A DNA stretch of 64,000 bases from Balanoglossus misakiensis (lineage: Eukaryota; Animalia; Hemichordata): positions 938,825-1,002,824 of the forward strand of contig CM082583.2 in NCBI GenBank assembly GCA_040954595.2, given 5' to 3'. The notes under the pieces were generated by a model that worked only from the letters and a program-made list of their open reading frames with translations, was not told where the DNA came from and did no database searches. The stretch's first letter is position 1, and each line of letters opens with the position of its first letter. Position numbers and translations under genes: made by a program. Positions 24,001-37,859 of the stretch are shown one piece after another.

Positions 24001-27000
24001 ACAATTTTTCGAAAAAAAGTCGAAAATGGTAATTTTGTCATGGGTGATTCAAATTATACCGCCTTTTCTGGAATTTGCAGCACTTTTTACAAGAGAACGA
24101 CACTTCATGCTCCATAATATTTCCGAAAATGAAGAAAAGAGTTAATTTTTTATGATTTTTTAAGAATTTACCATTTTTGTCAAAATATGGCCAAAATGGC
24201 TATTTTTTCTTGAATTCCGTCAATATCTCTGCATTTTTGGAGTGGTCGAAAGTTTTAACATACAATCAACATGTCATATATGATCAGGGCACCAAATTCG
24301 AAGAACAAAGGTTTTTTTTATTTTTTTTTCTAAAAATGACATTTTCAAGGAAAATTTGGTAAAACGCAATTTTGTCTGCAGTGAGCCAAATTGGCCGTTT
24401 TTTTGTGGAATTTGTATCGATATATGTATACGAAGAGCATTCTATACTCCCTCAGATTTCCGAAAATGTAGAAAACAGGTATTTTTTGTAATTTTCAAAA
24501 ATTTACCATTTTGACCGAATTGTGGCTAAAATTGTTATTTTCGTGTTGAATGCCGCCAGTGTCACTGCTTTTAAAAGTCATTAAAACTTTTAACATACAA
24601 GCAATTGTTTATATATGATCAGGTCACCGAATTTAAAGAATAAAGAATGTTTTCCCTAAAAATGACCTTTTTGGTGCAAAAACGAATATAAAACGCAATT
24701 TTGTATTAAATCAGCTCATTCAGAGTGCATTTTTTATAATCAGCACCATTTTTACATATAATGGAAATTTCATACATCATCAGATATCCAAATATGAAAA
24801 AATGATTTAGATTTTAGATGATTGTCCAAAAGTAGCTGATATCTAATAAATATAGTATTGAACCGTTCTGTTCCCCCCCCCCCTACATTAAATGCGGTAC
24901 GCCGATGTCAGCTTACCCGTCAGTACTGCAGGCCGTGCCCACAACTAACGTCGGTGTTTGAAACGCCCTGGTTAAATTCGGGCTTTCTCTATAAATTGAC
25001 AGGCAATAATGTAGTCCTACCGGAACAAATGTCGAGTGTTGACCCGCTGTGACTTGCCCTCTTCGGTTTGCCCGACTTAGCCAACGTCTTTGTACTAGAG
25101 TGTCGGGTGTTTTGCAGAGCCAGGCCGAAGGAAATCCGACTTGATCACCGTTGCTAACGAACGCTAGTGTCTGTCATGGTGTGCCGGGGTTTTAGTCGAG
25201 CCAGGCCGTAGAAGATCTGACTGGATCATCGTGGTCAATGTACGCGTGTTTCCGCTCTAAAGTGCCGGGGCTTCAGCTAAACCAAGCCGTAGGAAACCCG
25301 ACGTGATTACCGTTGTTAACTTACGCCAGTCTGTGTCCTATATATAGTGCGGGGCATCAGCCGTGCCAGGTCTAAGGAAATGTGAGTAGATCAATGTGGT
25401 CTCTGTACGCGTGTTTCTGCTCTAGAATGCCAGGGCTTTAGCCAAGCCATGCCGTAGGAAATCTGAATTGATCAACGTTGCTAACGAACGCTAGTGTCTG
25501 TCATAGTGTGCCGGGGTTTTAGTCGAGCCAAGCCGTAGGAGATCTGACTTGATCATCGTGGTCAATGTACGCGTGTTTCCGCTCTAAAGTGCCGGGGCTT
25601 CAGCTACACCAGGCCGTAGGAAATCCGACGTAATCACCGTTGATAACTTACGCCAGTCTGTGTCATATAGAGCCGGTGCACCAGCCGAATCACGCCGTAG
25701 GAAATCTTACTTGATCAACGTGGTCAATGTACGCCTGTTTCTGCTCTAGAGTGCCGGGGCTTCAGCTGAGCCAGGCCGTGGGAAACCCGACGTGATTACC
25801 GTTGTTAGCTTACGCCAGTTTGTGTCCTATATATAGTGCCGGGGCATCAGCCGTGCCAGGCCGAAGGAAATGTGAGTAGATCAACGTGGTCTCTGTACGC
25901 GTGTTTCTGCTCTAGAGTGCCAGGGCTTTAGCCAAGCCATGCCGTAGGAAATCTGACTTGATCAACGTTGCTAACGAACGCTAATGTCTGTCATAGTGTG
26001 CCGGGGTTTTAGTCGAGCCAAGCCGTAGGAGATCAGACTTGATCAACGTGGTCTCTGTACGCGTGTTTCTGCTCTAGAGTGCCGGGGCTTTATCCAAGCC
26101 ATGCCGTAGAAAATCTGACTTGATCACCGTTGCTAACGTACGCTAGTGTCTGTCATATTGTGACGGAGATTTAGCCGAGCCAGGCCGTAGAAAAATCGAC
26201 TTGTTCAACGTTACCAGTGTGCAACTGTTTCTGCTCTAGAGTGTCAGGGTTTTAGCCGACTTATGCTGTAGGAAATCTGAGTTGATGAACGGGAATTCAA
26301 TGTTAGAAATCCGTGTGGAAAGTATCTCTACCCGTTTGGAACTAAGAAAAGAATTTATGCTTATTTATTTTGTAAAAAAACAATATTTCGAAAAAAAGTC
26401 GAAAATGGTAATTTTGTCTTGGGTGATTCAAATTATACCGCCTTTTCTGGAATTTGCAGCACTTTTTACAAGAGAACGACACTTCATGCTCTATAATATT
26501 TCCGAAAATGAAGAAAAGAGTTAATTTTTTATGATTTTTTAAAAATTTACCATTTTTGTCAAAATATGGCCAAAATGGCTATTTTTTCTTGAATTCCGTC
26601 AATATCTCAGCATTTTTGGAGTGGTCGAAAGTTTTAACATACAATCAACATGTCATATATGATCAGGCACTAAATTCGAAGAACAAAGGTTTTTTTATTT
26701 TTTTTTCTAAAAATGACATTTTCAAGGAAAATTTGGTAAAACGCAATTTTGTCTGCAGTGAGCCAAATTAGACGGTCTTTTGTGGAATTTGTATCGATAT
26801 ATACATACGAAGAGCATTCTATACTCCATCAGATTTCCGAAAATGTAGAAAACAGGTATTTTTTGTAATTTTCAAAAATTTACCATTTTGACCGAATTGT
26901 GGCTAAAATTGTTATTTTCGTGTTGAATGCCGCCAGTGTCATTGCTTTTAAAAGTCATAAAAAATTTTAACATACAAGCAATTGTTTATATATGATAAGG

Positions 27001-30000
27001 TCACCGAATTAAAAAAATAAAGAATGTTTTGACTAAAAATGACCTTTTTGGTGCAAAAACGAATAAAACGCAATTTTGTATTAAATCAGCTCATTCAGAG
27101 TGCATTTTTATAATCAGCACAATTTTTACATATAATGGAAATTTCATACATCATCAGATATCCAAATATGAAAAGATGATTTACATTTTAGATGATTGTC
27201 AAAAATTAGCTGATATCTGATAAATGTAGTATTGAACCGTTCTGTCCCCCCCCCCCCCTACATTATATGCGGTACGCTGATGTCAGCTTACCCGGCAGTA
27301 CTGCAGGCCGTGCCCCCAACTAACGTCGGTGTTTGAAACGCCCTGGTTAAATTCGGGCTTTCTCTATAAATTGACAGGCAATAATGCAGTCCTACCGGAA
27401 CAAATGTCGAGTGTTGACCCGCTGTGACTTTCCCTGTTCGGTTTGCCCGACTTAGCCAACGTCTTTGTACTAGAGTGTCGGGTCTTTTGCAGAGCCAGGC
27501 CGAAGGAAATCCGACTTGATCACCGTTGCTAACGAACGCTAGTGTCTGTCATGGTGTGCCGGGGTTTTAGTCGAGCCAGGCCGTAGGAGATCTGACTTGA
27601 TCATCGTGGTCAATGTACGCGTGTTTCCGCTCTAAAGGGCCGGGGCTTCAGCTAAACCAGGCCGTAGGAAATCCGACGTAATCACCGTTGATAACTTACG
27701 CCAGTCTGTGTCATATAGAGCCGATGCACCAGCCGAGTCACGCCGTAGGAAATCTTACTTGATCGACGTGGTCAATGTACGCCTGTTTCTGCTCTAGAGT
27801 GCCGGGGCTTCAGCTGAGCCAGGCCGTGGGAAACCCGACGTGATTACCGTTGTTAACTTACGCCAGTTTGTGTCCTATATATAGTGCCGGGGCATCAGCC
27901 GTGCCAGGCCGAAGGAAATGTGAGTAGATCAACGTGGTCTCTGTACGCGTGTTTCTGCTCTAGAGTGCCAGGGCTTTAGCCAAGCCATGCCGTAGGAAAT
28001 CTGACTTGATCAACGTTGCTAACGAACGCTAATGTCTGTCATAGTGTGCCGGGGTTTTAGTCGAGCCAAGCCGTAGGAGATCAGACTTGATCAACGTGGT
28101 CTCTGTACGCGTGTTTCTGCTCTAGAGTGCCGGGGCTTTATCCAAGCCATGCCGTAGAAAATCTGACTTGATCACCGTTGCTAACGTACGCTAGTGTCTT
28201 TCATATTGTGACGGAGATTTAGCCGAGCCAGGCCGTAGAAAAATCGACTTGTTCAACGTTACCAGTGTGCAACTGTTTCTGCTCTAGAGTGTCAGGGTTT
28301 TAGCCGACTTATGCTGTAGGAAATCTGAGTTGATGAACGGGAATTCAATGTTAGAAAACCCGTGTGGAAAGTATCTCTACCCGTTTGAAACTAAGAAAAG
28401 AATTTATTCTTATTTATTTTGTAAAAAAGACAATTTTTCGAAAAAAAGTCGAAAAATTGCAATTTTGTCTTGGGTGATTCAAATTATACCGCCTTTTCTG
28501 GAATTTGCAGCACTTTTTACAAGAGAACGACACTTCATGCTCCATAATATTTCCGAAAATGAAGAAAAGAGTTAATTTTTTATGATTTTTCAAAAATTTA
28601 CCATTTTTGTCAAAATATGGCCAAAATGGCTATTTTTCTTGAATTCCGTCAATATCTCTGCATTTTTGGAGTGGTCGAGAGTTTTAACATACAATCAACA
28701 TGTCATATATGATCAGGGCACCAAATTCGAAGAACAAAGGTTTTTTTATTTTTTTTTCTAAAAATGACATTTTCAAGGACAATTTGGTAAAACGCAATTT
28801 TGTCTGCAGTGAGCCAAATTAGACGGTCTTTTGTGGAATTTGTATCGATATATACATACGAAGAGCATTCTATACTCCATCAGATTTCCGAAAATGTAAA
28901 AAACAGGTATTTTTTGTAATTTTCCAAAATTTACCATTTTGACCAAATTGTGGCTAAAATTGTTATTTTCGTGATGAATGCCGCCAGTGTCACTGCTTTT
29001 AAAAGTCATAAAAACTTTTAACATACAAGCAATTGTTTATATATGATCAGGTCACCGAATTAAAAATATAAAGGATGTTTTGCCTAAAAATGACCTTTTT
29101 GGTGCAAAAACGAATAAAACGCAATCTTGTATTAAATCAGTTCATTCAGAGTGCATGTTTTATAATAAGCACCAATTTTACATATAATGGAAATTTCATA
29201 CATCATCAGATATCCAAATATGAAAAAATGATTTAGATTTTAGATGATTGTCCAAAATTAGCTGATATCTAATAAATGTAGTATTGAACCGTTCTGTCCC
29301 CCCCCCCCCTTACATTATATGCGGTACGCCGATGTCAGCTTACCCAGCAGTACTGCAGGCCGTGCCCCCAACTAACGTCGGTGTTTGGAACGCCCTGGTT
29401 AAATTCGAGCTTTCTCTATAAATTGACAGGCAATAATGCAGTCCTACCCGACCAAATGTCGAGTGTTGACCCGCTGTGACTTTCCCTCTTCGGTTTGCCC
29501 GACTTAGCCAACGTCTTTGTACTAGAGTGTCGGGTCTTTTGCAGAGCCAGGCCGAAGGAAATCCGACTTGATCACCGTTGCTAACGAACGCTAGTGTCTG
29601 TCATGGTGTGCCGGGGTTTTAGTCGAGCCAGGCCGTAGGAGATCTGACTTGATCATCGTGGTCAATGTACGCGTGTTTCCGCTCTAAAGTGCCGGGGCTT
29701 CAGCGAAACCAGGCCGTAGGAAATCCGACGTAATCACCGTTGATAACTTACGCCAGTCTGTGTCATATAGAGCCGGTGCACCAGCCGAGTCACGCCGAAG
29801 GAAATCTGACTTGATCAACGTGGTCAATGTACGCGTGTTTCCGCTCTAAAGTGCCGGGGCTTCAGCTAAACCAGGCCGTAGGAAATCCTACGTAATCACC
29901 GTTGTTAACTTACGCCAGTCTGTGTCCTATATATAGTGTCGGGGCATCAGCCGTGCCAGGCCGATGGAAATGTGAGTAGATCAACGTGGTCTCTGTACGC

Positions 30001-33000
30001 GTGTTTCTGCTCTAGAGTGTCAGGGCTTTAGCAAAGCCATGCCGTAGGAAATCTGACTTGATCAACGTTGCTAACGAACGCTAGTGTCTGTCATAGTGTG
30101 CCGGGGTTTTAGTCGAGCCAAGCCGTTGGAGATCAGACTTGATCAACGTGGTCTCTGTACGCGTGTTTCTGCTCTAGAGTGCCGGGGCTTTATCCAACCC
30201 ATGCCGTTGAAAATCTGACTTGATTACCATTGCTAACGTACGCTAGTGTCTGTCATATTGTGACGAGATTTAGCCGAGCCAGGCCGTAGAAAAATCGACT
30301 TGTTCAACGTTATCAGTGTGCAACTGTTTCTGCTCTAGAGTGTCAGGGTTTTAGCCGACTTATGCTGTAGGAAATCTGAGTTGATGAACGGGTATTCAAT
30401 GTTAGAAAACCCGTGTGGAAAGTATCTCTACCCGTTTGAAACTAAGAAAAGAATTTATTCTTATTTATTTTGTAAAAAAGACAATTTTTCGAAAACAAGT
30501 CGAAAATGGTAATTTTGTCTTGGGTGATTCAAATTATACCACATTTTCTGGAATTTGCAGCACTTTTTACAAGAGAACGACACTTCATGCTCCATAATAT
30601 TTCCGAAAATGAAGAAAAGAGTTTATTTTTTATGATTTTTTAAAAATGTACCATTTTGTCAAAATATGGCCAAAATGGCTATTTTTTCTTGAATTCCGTC
30701 AATATCTCTGCATTTTTGGAGTGGTCGAAAGTTTTAACATACAATCAACATGTCATATATGATCAGGGCACCAAATTCGAAGAAGGAAGGTTTTTTTATT
30801 TTATTTTTCTAAAAATGACATTTTCAAGGAAAATTTGGTAAAACGCAATTTTGTCTGCAGTGAGCCAAATTAGACGGTCTTTTGTGGAATTGGTATCGAT
30901 ATATATATACGAAGAGCATTCTATACTCCATCAGATTTCCGAAAATGTAGAAAACAGGTATTTTTTGTAATTTTCAAAAATTTACCATTTTGACCAAATT
31001 GTGGTTAAAATTGTTATTTTCGTGTTGAATGCCGCCAGTGTCACTGCTTTTAAAAGTCATAAAAACTTTTAACATGCAAGCAATTGCTTATATATGATCA
31101 GGTCACCGAATTAAAAAAATAAAGAATGTTTTGCCTAAAAATGACCTTTTTGGTGCAAAAACGAATAAAACGCAATTTTGTATTAAATCAGCTCATTCAG
31201 AGTGCATTTTTTATAATCAGCACCATTTTTACATATAATGGAAATTTCATACATCATCAGATATCCAAATATGAAAAAATGATTTAGATTTTAGATGATT
31301 GTCCAAAATTAGCTGATATCTAATAAATGTAGTATTGAACCGTTCTGCCCCCCCCCCCCCCTACATTATATGCGGTACGCCGATGTCAGCTTACCCGGCA
31401 GTACTGCAGGCCGTGCCCCCAAATAACGTCGGTGTTTGAAACGCCCTGGTTAAATTCGGGCTTTCTCTATAAATTGACAGGCAATAATGCAGTCCTACCC
31501 GAACAAATGTCGAGTGTTGACCCGCTGTGACTTTCCCTCTTCGGTTTGCCCGACTTAGCCAACGTCTTTGTACTAATGTGTCGGGTCTTTTGCAGAGCCA
31601 GGCCGAAGGAAATCCGACTTGATCACCGTTGCTAACGAACGCTAGTGTCTGTCATGGTGTGCCGGGGTTTTAGTCGAGCCAGGCCGTAGGAGATCTGACT
31701 TGATCATCGTGGTCAATGTACGCGTGTTTCCGCTCTAAAGTGCCGGGGCTTCAGCTAAACCATGCCGTAGGAAATCCGGCGTAATCACCGTTGATAACTC
31801 ACGCCAGTCTGTGTCATAAAGAGCCGGTGCACCAGCCGAGTCACGCCGTAGGAAATCTGACTTGATCAACGTGGTCAATGTACGCCTGTTTCTGCTCTAA
31901 AGTGCCGGGGCTTTAGCTAAACCATGCCGTAGGAAATCCGACGTAATCACCGTTGATAACTTACGCCAGTCTGTGTCATATAGAGCCGGTGCACCAGCCG
32001 AGTCACGCCGTAGGAAATCTGACTTGATCAACGTGGTCAATGTACGCCTGTTTCTGCTCTAGAGTGCCGGGGCTTCAGCTGAGCCAGGCCGTAGGAAACC
32101 CGACGTGATTACCGTTGTTAACTTACGCCAGTCTGTGTCCTATATATAGTGCCGGGGCATCAGCCGTGCCAGGCCGAAGGAAATGTGAGTAGATCAACGT
32201 GGTCTCTGTACGCGTGTTTCTGCTCTAGAGTGTCAGGGCTTTAGCAAAGCCATGCCGTAGGAAATCTGACTTGATCAACGTTGCTAACGAACGCTAGTGT
32301 CTGTCATAGTGTGCCGGGGTTTTAGTCGAGCCAAGCCGTAGGAGATCAGACTTGATCAACGTGGTCTCTGTACGCGTGTTTCTGCTCTAGAGTGCCGGGG
32401 CTTTATCCAACCCATGCCGTTGAAAATCTGACTTGATCACCGTTGCTAACGTACGCTAGTGTCTGTCATATTGTGACGAGATTTAGCCGAGCCAGGCCGT
32501 AGAAAAATCGACTTGTTCAACGTTATCAGTGTGCAACTGTTTCTGCTCTAGAGTGTCAGGGTTTTAGCCGACTTATGCTGTAGGAAATCTGAGTTGATGA
32601 ACGGGAATTCAATGTTAGAAAACCCGTGTGGAAAGTATCTCTACCCGTTTGAAACTAAGAAAAGAATTTATTCTTATTTATTTTTTAAAAAAGACAATTT
32701 TTCGAAAACAAGTCGAAAATGGTAATTTTGTCTTGGGTGATTCAAATTATACCACATTTTCTGGAATTTGCAGCACTTTTTACAAGAGAACGACACTTCA
32801 TGCTCCATAATATTTCCGAAAATGAAGAAAAGAGTTTATTTTTTATGATTTTTTAAAAATGTACCATTTTGTCAAAATATGACCAAAATGGCTATTTTTT
32901 CTTGAATTCCGTCAATATCTCTGCATTTTTGGAGTGGTGGAAAGTTTTAACATACAATCAACATGTCATATATGATCAGGGCACCAAATTCGAAGAACGA

Positions 33001-36000
33001 AGGTTTTTTTATTTTATTTTTCTAAAAATGACATTTTCAAGGAAAATTTGGTAAAACGCAATTTTGTCTGCAGTAAGCCAAATTAGACGGTCTTTTGTGG
33101 AATTTGTATCGATATATATATACGAAGAGCATTCTATACTCCATCAGATTTCCGAAAATGTAGAAAACAGGTATTTTTTGTAATTTTCAAAAATTTACCA
33201 TTTTGACCAAATTGTGGTTAAAATTGTTATTTTCGTGTTGAATGCCGCCAGTGTCACTGCTTTTAAAAGTCATAAAAAGTTTTAACATGCAAGCAATTGC
33301 TTATATATGATCAGGCCACCGAATTAAAAAAATAAAGAATGTTTTGCCTAAAAATGACCTTTTTGGTGCAAAAACGAATAAAACGCAATTTTGTATTAAA
33401 TCAGCTCATTCAGAGTGCATTTTTTATAATCAGCACCATTTTTACATATATTGGAAATTTCATACATCATCAGATATCCAAATATGAAAAAATGATTTAG
33501 ATTTTAGATGATTGTCCAAAATTAGCTGATATCTAATAAATGTAGTATTGAACCGTTCTGTCCCCCCCCCCCCTACATTATATGCGGTACGCCGATGTCA
33601 GCTTACCCGGCAGTACTGCAGGCCGTGCCCCCAAATAACGTCGGTGTTTGAAACGCCCTGGTTAAATTCGGGCTTTCTCTATAAATTGACAGGCAATAAT
33701 GCAGTCCTACCCGAACAAATGTCGAGTGTTGACCCGCTGTGACTTTCCCTCTTCGGTTTGCCCGACTTAGCCAACGTCTCTGTACTAATGTGTCGGGTCT
33801 TTTGCGGAGCCAGGCCGAAGGAAATCCGACTTGATCACCGTTGCTAACGAACGCTAGTGTCTGTCATGGTGTGCCGGGGTTTTAGTCGAGCCAGGCCGTA
33901 GGAGATCTGACTTGATCATCGTGGTCAATGTACGCGTGTTTCCGCTCTGAAGTGCCGGGGCTTTAGCTAAACCATGCCGTAGGAAATCCGACGTAATCAC
34001 CGTTGATAACTTACGCCAGTCTGTGTCATATAGAGCCGGTGCACCAGCCGAGTCACGCCGTAGGAAATCTGACTTGATCAACGTGGTCAATGTACGCCTG
34101 TTTCTGCTCTAGAGTGCCGGGGCTTCAGCTGAGCCAGGCCGTAGGAAACCCGACGTGATTACCGTTGTTAACTTACGCCAGTCTGTGTCCTATATATAGT
34201 GCCGGGGCATCAGCCGTGCCAGGCCGAAGGAAATGTGAGTAGATCAACGTGGTCTCTGTACGCGTGTTTCTGCTCTAGAGTGTCAGGGCTTTAGCAAAGC
34301 CATGCCGTAGGAAATCTGACTTGATCAACGTTGCTAACGAACGCTAGTGTCTGTCATAGTGTGCCGGGGTTTTAGTCGAGCCAAGCCGTAGGAGATCAGA
34401 CTTGATCAACGTGGTCTCTGTACGCGTGTTTCTGCTCTAGAGTGCCGGGGCTTTATCCAAGCCATGCCGTAGAAAATCTGACTTGATCACCGTTGCTAAC
34501 GTACGATAGTGTCTGTCATATTGTGACGGAGATTTAGCCGAGCCAGGCCGTAGAAAAATCGACTTGTTCAACGTTACCAGTGTGCAACTGTTTCTGCTCT
34601 AAAGTCTCAGGGTTTTAGCCGACTTATGCTGTAGGAAATCTGAGTTGATGAACGGGAATTCAATGTTAGAAAACCCGTGTGGAAAGTATCTCTACCCGTT
34701 TGAAACTAAGAAAAGAATTTATTCTTATTTTTTTTCTAAAAATGACATTTTCAAGGAAAATTTGATAAAACGCAATTTTGTCTGCAGTGAGCCAAATTAG
34801 ACGGTCTTTTGTGGAATTTGTATCGATATATACATACGAAGAGCATTCTATACTCCATCAGATTTCCGAAAATGTAGAAAACATGTATTTTTTGTAATTT
34901 TCAAAAATTTACCATTTTGACCAAATTGTGGCTAAAATTGTTATTTTCGTGTTGAATGCCGCCAGTGTCACTGCTTTTAAAAGTCATAAAAATTTTCAAC
35001 ATACAAGCAATTGTTTATATATGATCAGGTCACCGAATTAAAAAAATAAAGAATGTTTTGCCTAAAAATGACCTTTTTGGTGCAAAAACGAATAAAACGC
35101 AATTTTGTATTAAATCAGCTCATTCAGAGTGCATTTTTTATAATCAGCACCATTTTTACATATAATGGAAATTTCATACATCATCAGATATCCAAATATG
35201 AAAAAATGATTTAGATTTTAGATGATTGTCCAAAATTAGCTGATATCTAATAAATGTAGTATTGAACCGTTCTGTCCCCCCCCCCCCCTACATTATATGC
35301 GGTACGCCGATGTCAGCTTACCCGGCAGTACTGCAGGCCGTGCCCCCAACTAACCTTGGTGTTTGAAACGCCCTGGTTAAATTCGGGCTTTCTCTATAAA
35401 TTGACAGGCAATAATGCAGTCCTACCCGACCAAATGTCGAGTGTTGACCCGCTGTGACTTTCCCTCTTCGGTTTGCCCGACTTAGCCAACGTCTTTGTAC
35501 TAGAGTGTCGGGTCTTTTGCAGAGCCAGGCCGAAGGAAATCCGACTTGATCACCGTTGCTAACGAACGCTAGTGTCTGTCATGGTGTGCCGGGGTTTTAG
35601 TCGAGCCAGGCCGTAGGAAATGTGAGTAGATCAACGTGGTCTCTGTACGCGTGTTTCTGCTCTAGAGTGCCGGGGCTTTATCCAAGCCATGCCGTAGAAA
35701 ATCTGACTTGATCACCGTTGCTAACGTACGCTAGTGTCTGTCATATTGTGACGGAGATTTAGCCGAGCCAGGCCGTAAAAAATCGACTTGTTCAACCTTA
35801 CCAGTGTGCAACTGTTTCTGCTCTAGAGTGTCAGGGTTTTAGCCGATTTATGCTGTAGGAAATCAGAGTTGATGAACGGGAATTCAATGTTAGAAAACCG
35901 GTGTGGAAAGTATCTCTACTCGTTTGAAACTAAGAAAAGAATTTATTCTTATTTATTTTGTAAAAAAGACAATTTTTCGAAACAAAGGCGAAAATGGTAA

Positions 36001-37859
36001 TTTTGTCATGGGTGATTCAAATTATACCGCCTTTTCTGGAATTTGCAGCACTTTTTACAAGAGAACGACACTTCATGCTCCATAATATTTCCGAAAATAA
36101 GAAAAGAGTTAATTTTTTATGATTTTTTAAAAATTTACCATTTTTGTCAAAATATGGCCAAAATGGCTATTTTTTCTTGAATTCCGTCAATATCTCTGCA
36201 TTTTTGGAGTGGTCGAAAGTTTTAACATACAATCAACATGTCATATATGATCAGGGCACCAAATTCGAAGAACAAAGGTTTTTTTTATTTTTTTTTCTAA
36301 AAATGACATTTTCAAGGAAAATTTGGTAAAACGCAATTTTGTCAGCAGTGAGCCAAATTGGCCGTTTTTTTGTGGAATTTGTATCGATATATGTATACGA
36401 AGAGCATTCTATACTCCATCAGATTTCCGAAAATGTAGAAAACAGGTATTTTTTGTAATTTTCAAAAATTTACCATTTTGACCGAATTGTGGCTAAAATT
36501 GTTATTTTCGTGTTGAATGCCGCCAGTGTCACTGCTTTTAAAAGTCATTAAAACTTTTAACATACAAGCAATTGTTTATATATGATCAGGTCACCGAATT
36601 TAAAGAATAAAGAATGTTTTCCCTAAAAATGACCTTTTTGGTGCAAAAACGAATAAAACGCAATTTTGTATTAAATCAGCTCATTCAGAGTGCATTTTTT
36701 ATAATCAGCACCATTTTTACATATAATGGAAATTTCATACATCATCAGATATCCAAATATGAAAAAATGATTTAGATTTTAGATGATTGTCCAAAAGTAG
36801 CTGATATCTAATAAATATAGTATTGAACCGTTCTGTTTCCCCCCCCCCCTACATTACATGCGGTACGCCGATGTCAGCTTACCCGTCAGTACTGCAGGCC
36901 GTGCCCACAACTAACGTCGGTGTTTGAAACGCCCTGGTTAAATTCGGGCTTTCTCTATAAATTGACAGGCAATAATGTAGTCCTACCGGAACAAATGTCG
37001 AGTGTTGACCCGCTGTGACTTTCCCTCTTCGGTTTGCCCGACTTAGCCAACGTCTTTGTACTAGAGTGTCGGGTGTTTTGCAGAGCCAGGCCGAAGGAAA
37101 TCCGACTTGATCACCGTTGCTAACGAACGCTAGTGTCTGTCATGGTGTGCCGGGGTTTTAGTCGAGCCAGGCCGTAGGAGATCTGACTGGATCATCGTGG
37201 TCAATGTACGCGTGTTTCCGCTCTAAAGTGCCGGGGCTTCAGCTAAACCAGGCCGTAGGAAATCCGACGTAATCACCGTTGATAACTTACGCCAGTCTGT
37301 GTCATATAGAGCCGGTGCACCAGCCGAGTCACGCCGTAGGAATCTGATTTGATCAACGTGGTCAATGTACGCCTGTTTCTGCTCTAGAGTGCCGGGGCTT
37401 CAGCTGAGCCAGGCCGTAGGAAACCCGACGTGATTACCGTTGTTAACTTACGCCAGTCTGTGTCCTATATATAGTGCGGGGCATCAGCCGTGCCAGGCCT
37501 AAGGAAATGTGAGTAGATCAACGTGGTTTCTGTACGCGTGTTTCTGCTCTAGAGTGCCAGGGCTTTAGCCAAGCCATGCCGTAGGAAATCTGACTTGATC
37601 ACCGTTGCTAACGAACGCTAGTGTCTGTCATAGTGTGCCGGGGTTTTAGTCGAACCAAGCCGTAGGAGATCAGACTTGATCAACGTGGTCTCTGTACGCG
37701 TGTTTCTGCTCTGGAGTGCCGGGGCTTTATCCAAGCCATGCCGTAGAAAATCTGACTTGATCACCGTTGCTAACCTACGCTAGTGTCTGTCATATTGTGA
37801 CGGAGATTTAGCCGAGCCAGGCCGTAGAAAAATCGACTTGTTCAACGTTACCAGTGTGC

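Noticed and set aside
33854-34090. 81-bp monomer as a 27-aa coding repeat (also 39227-39427)
   Set aside because: The typical B monomer has stop codons in all six frames (CTCTAGAG, TTGATCA, CCGTAG) and the 85-bp monomer shifts frame. Open stretches arise only from single private substitutions.
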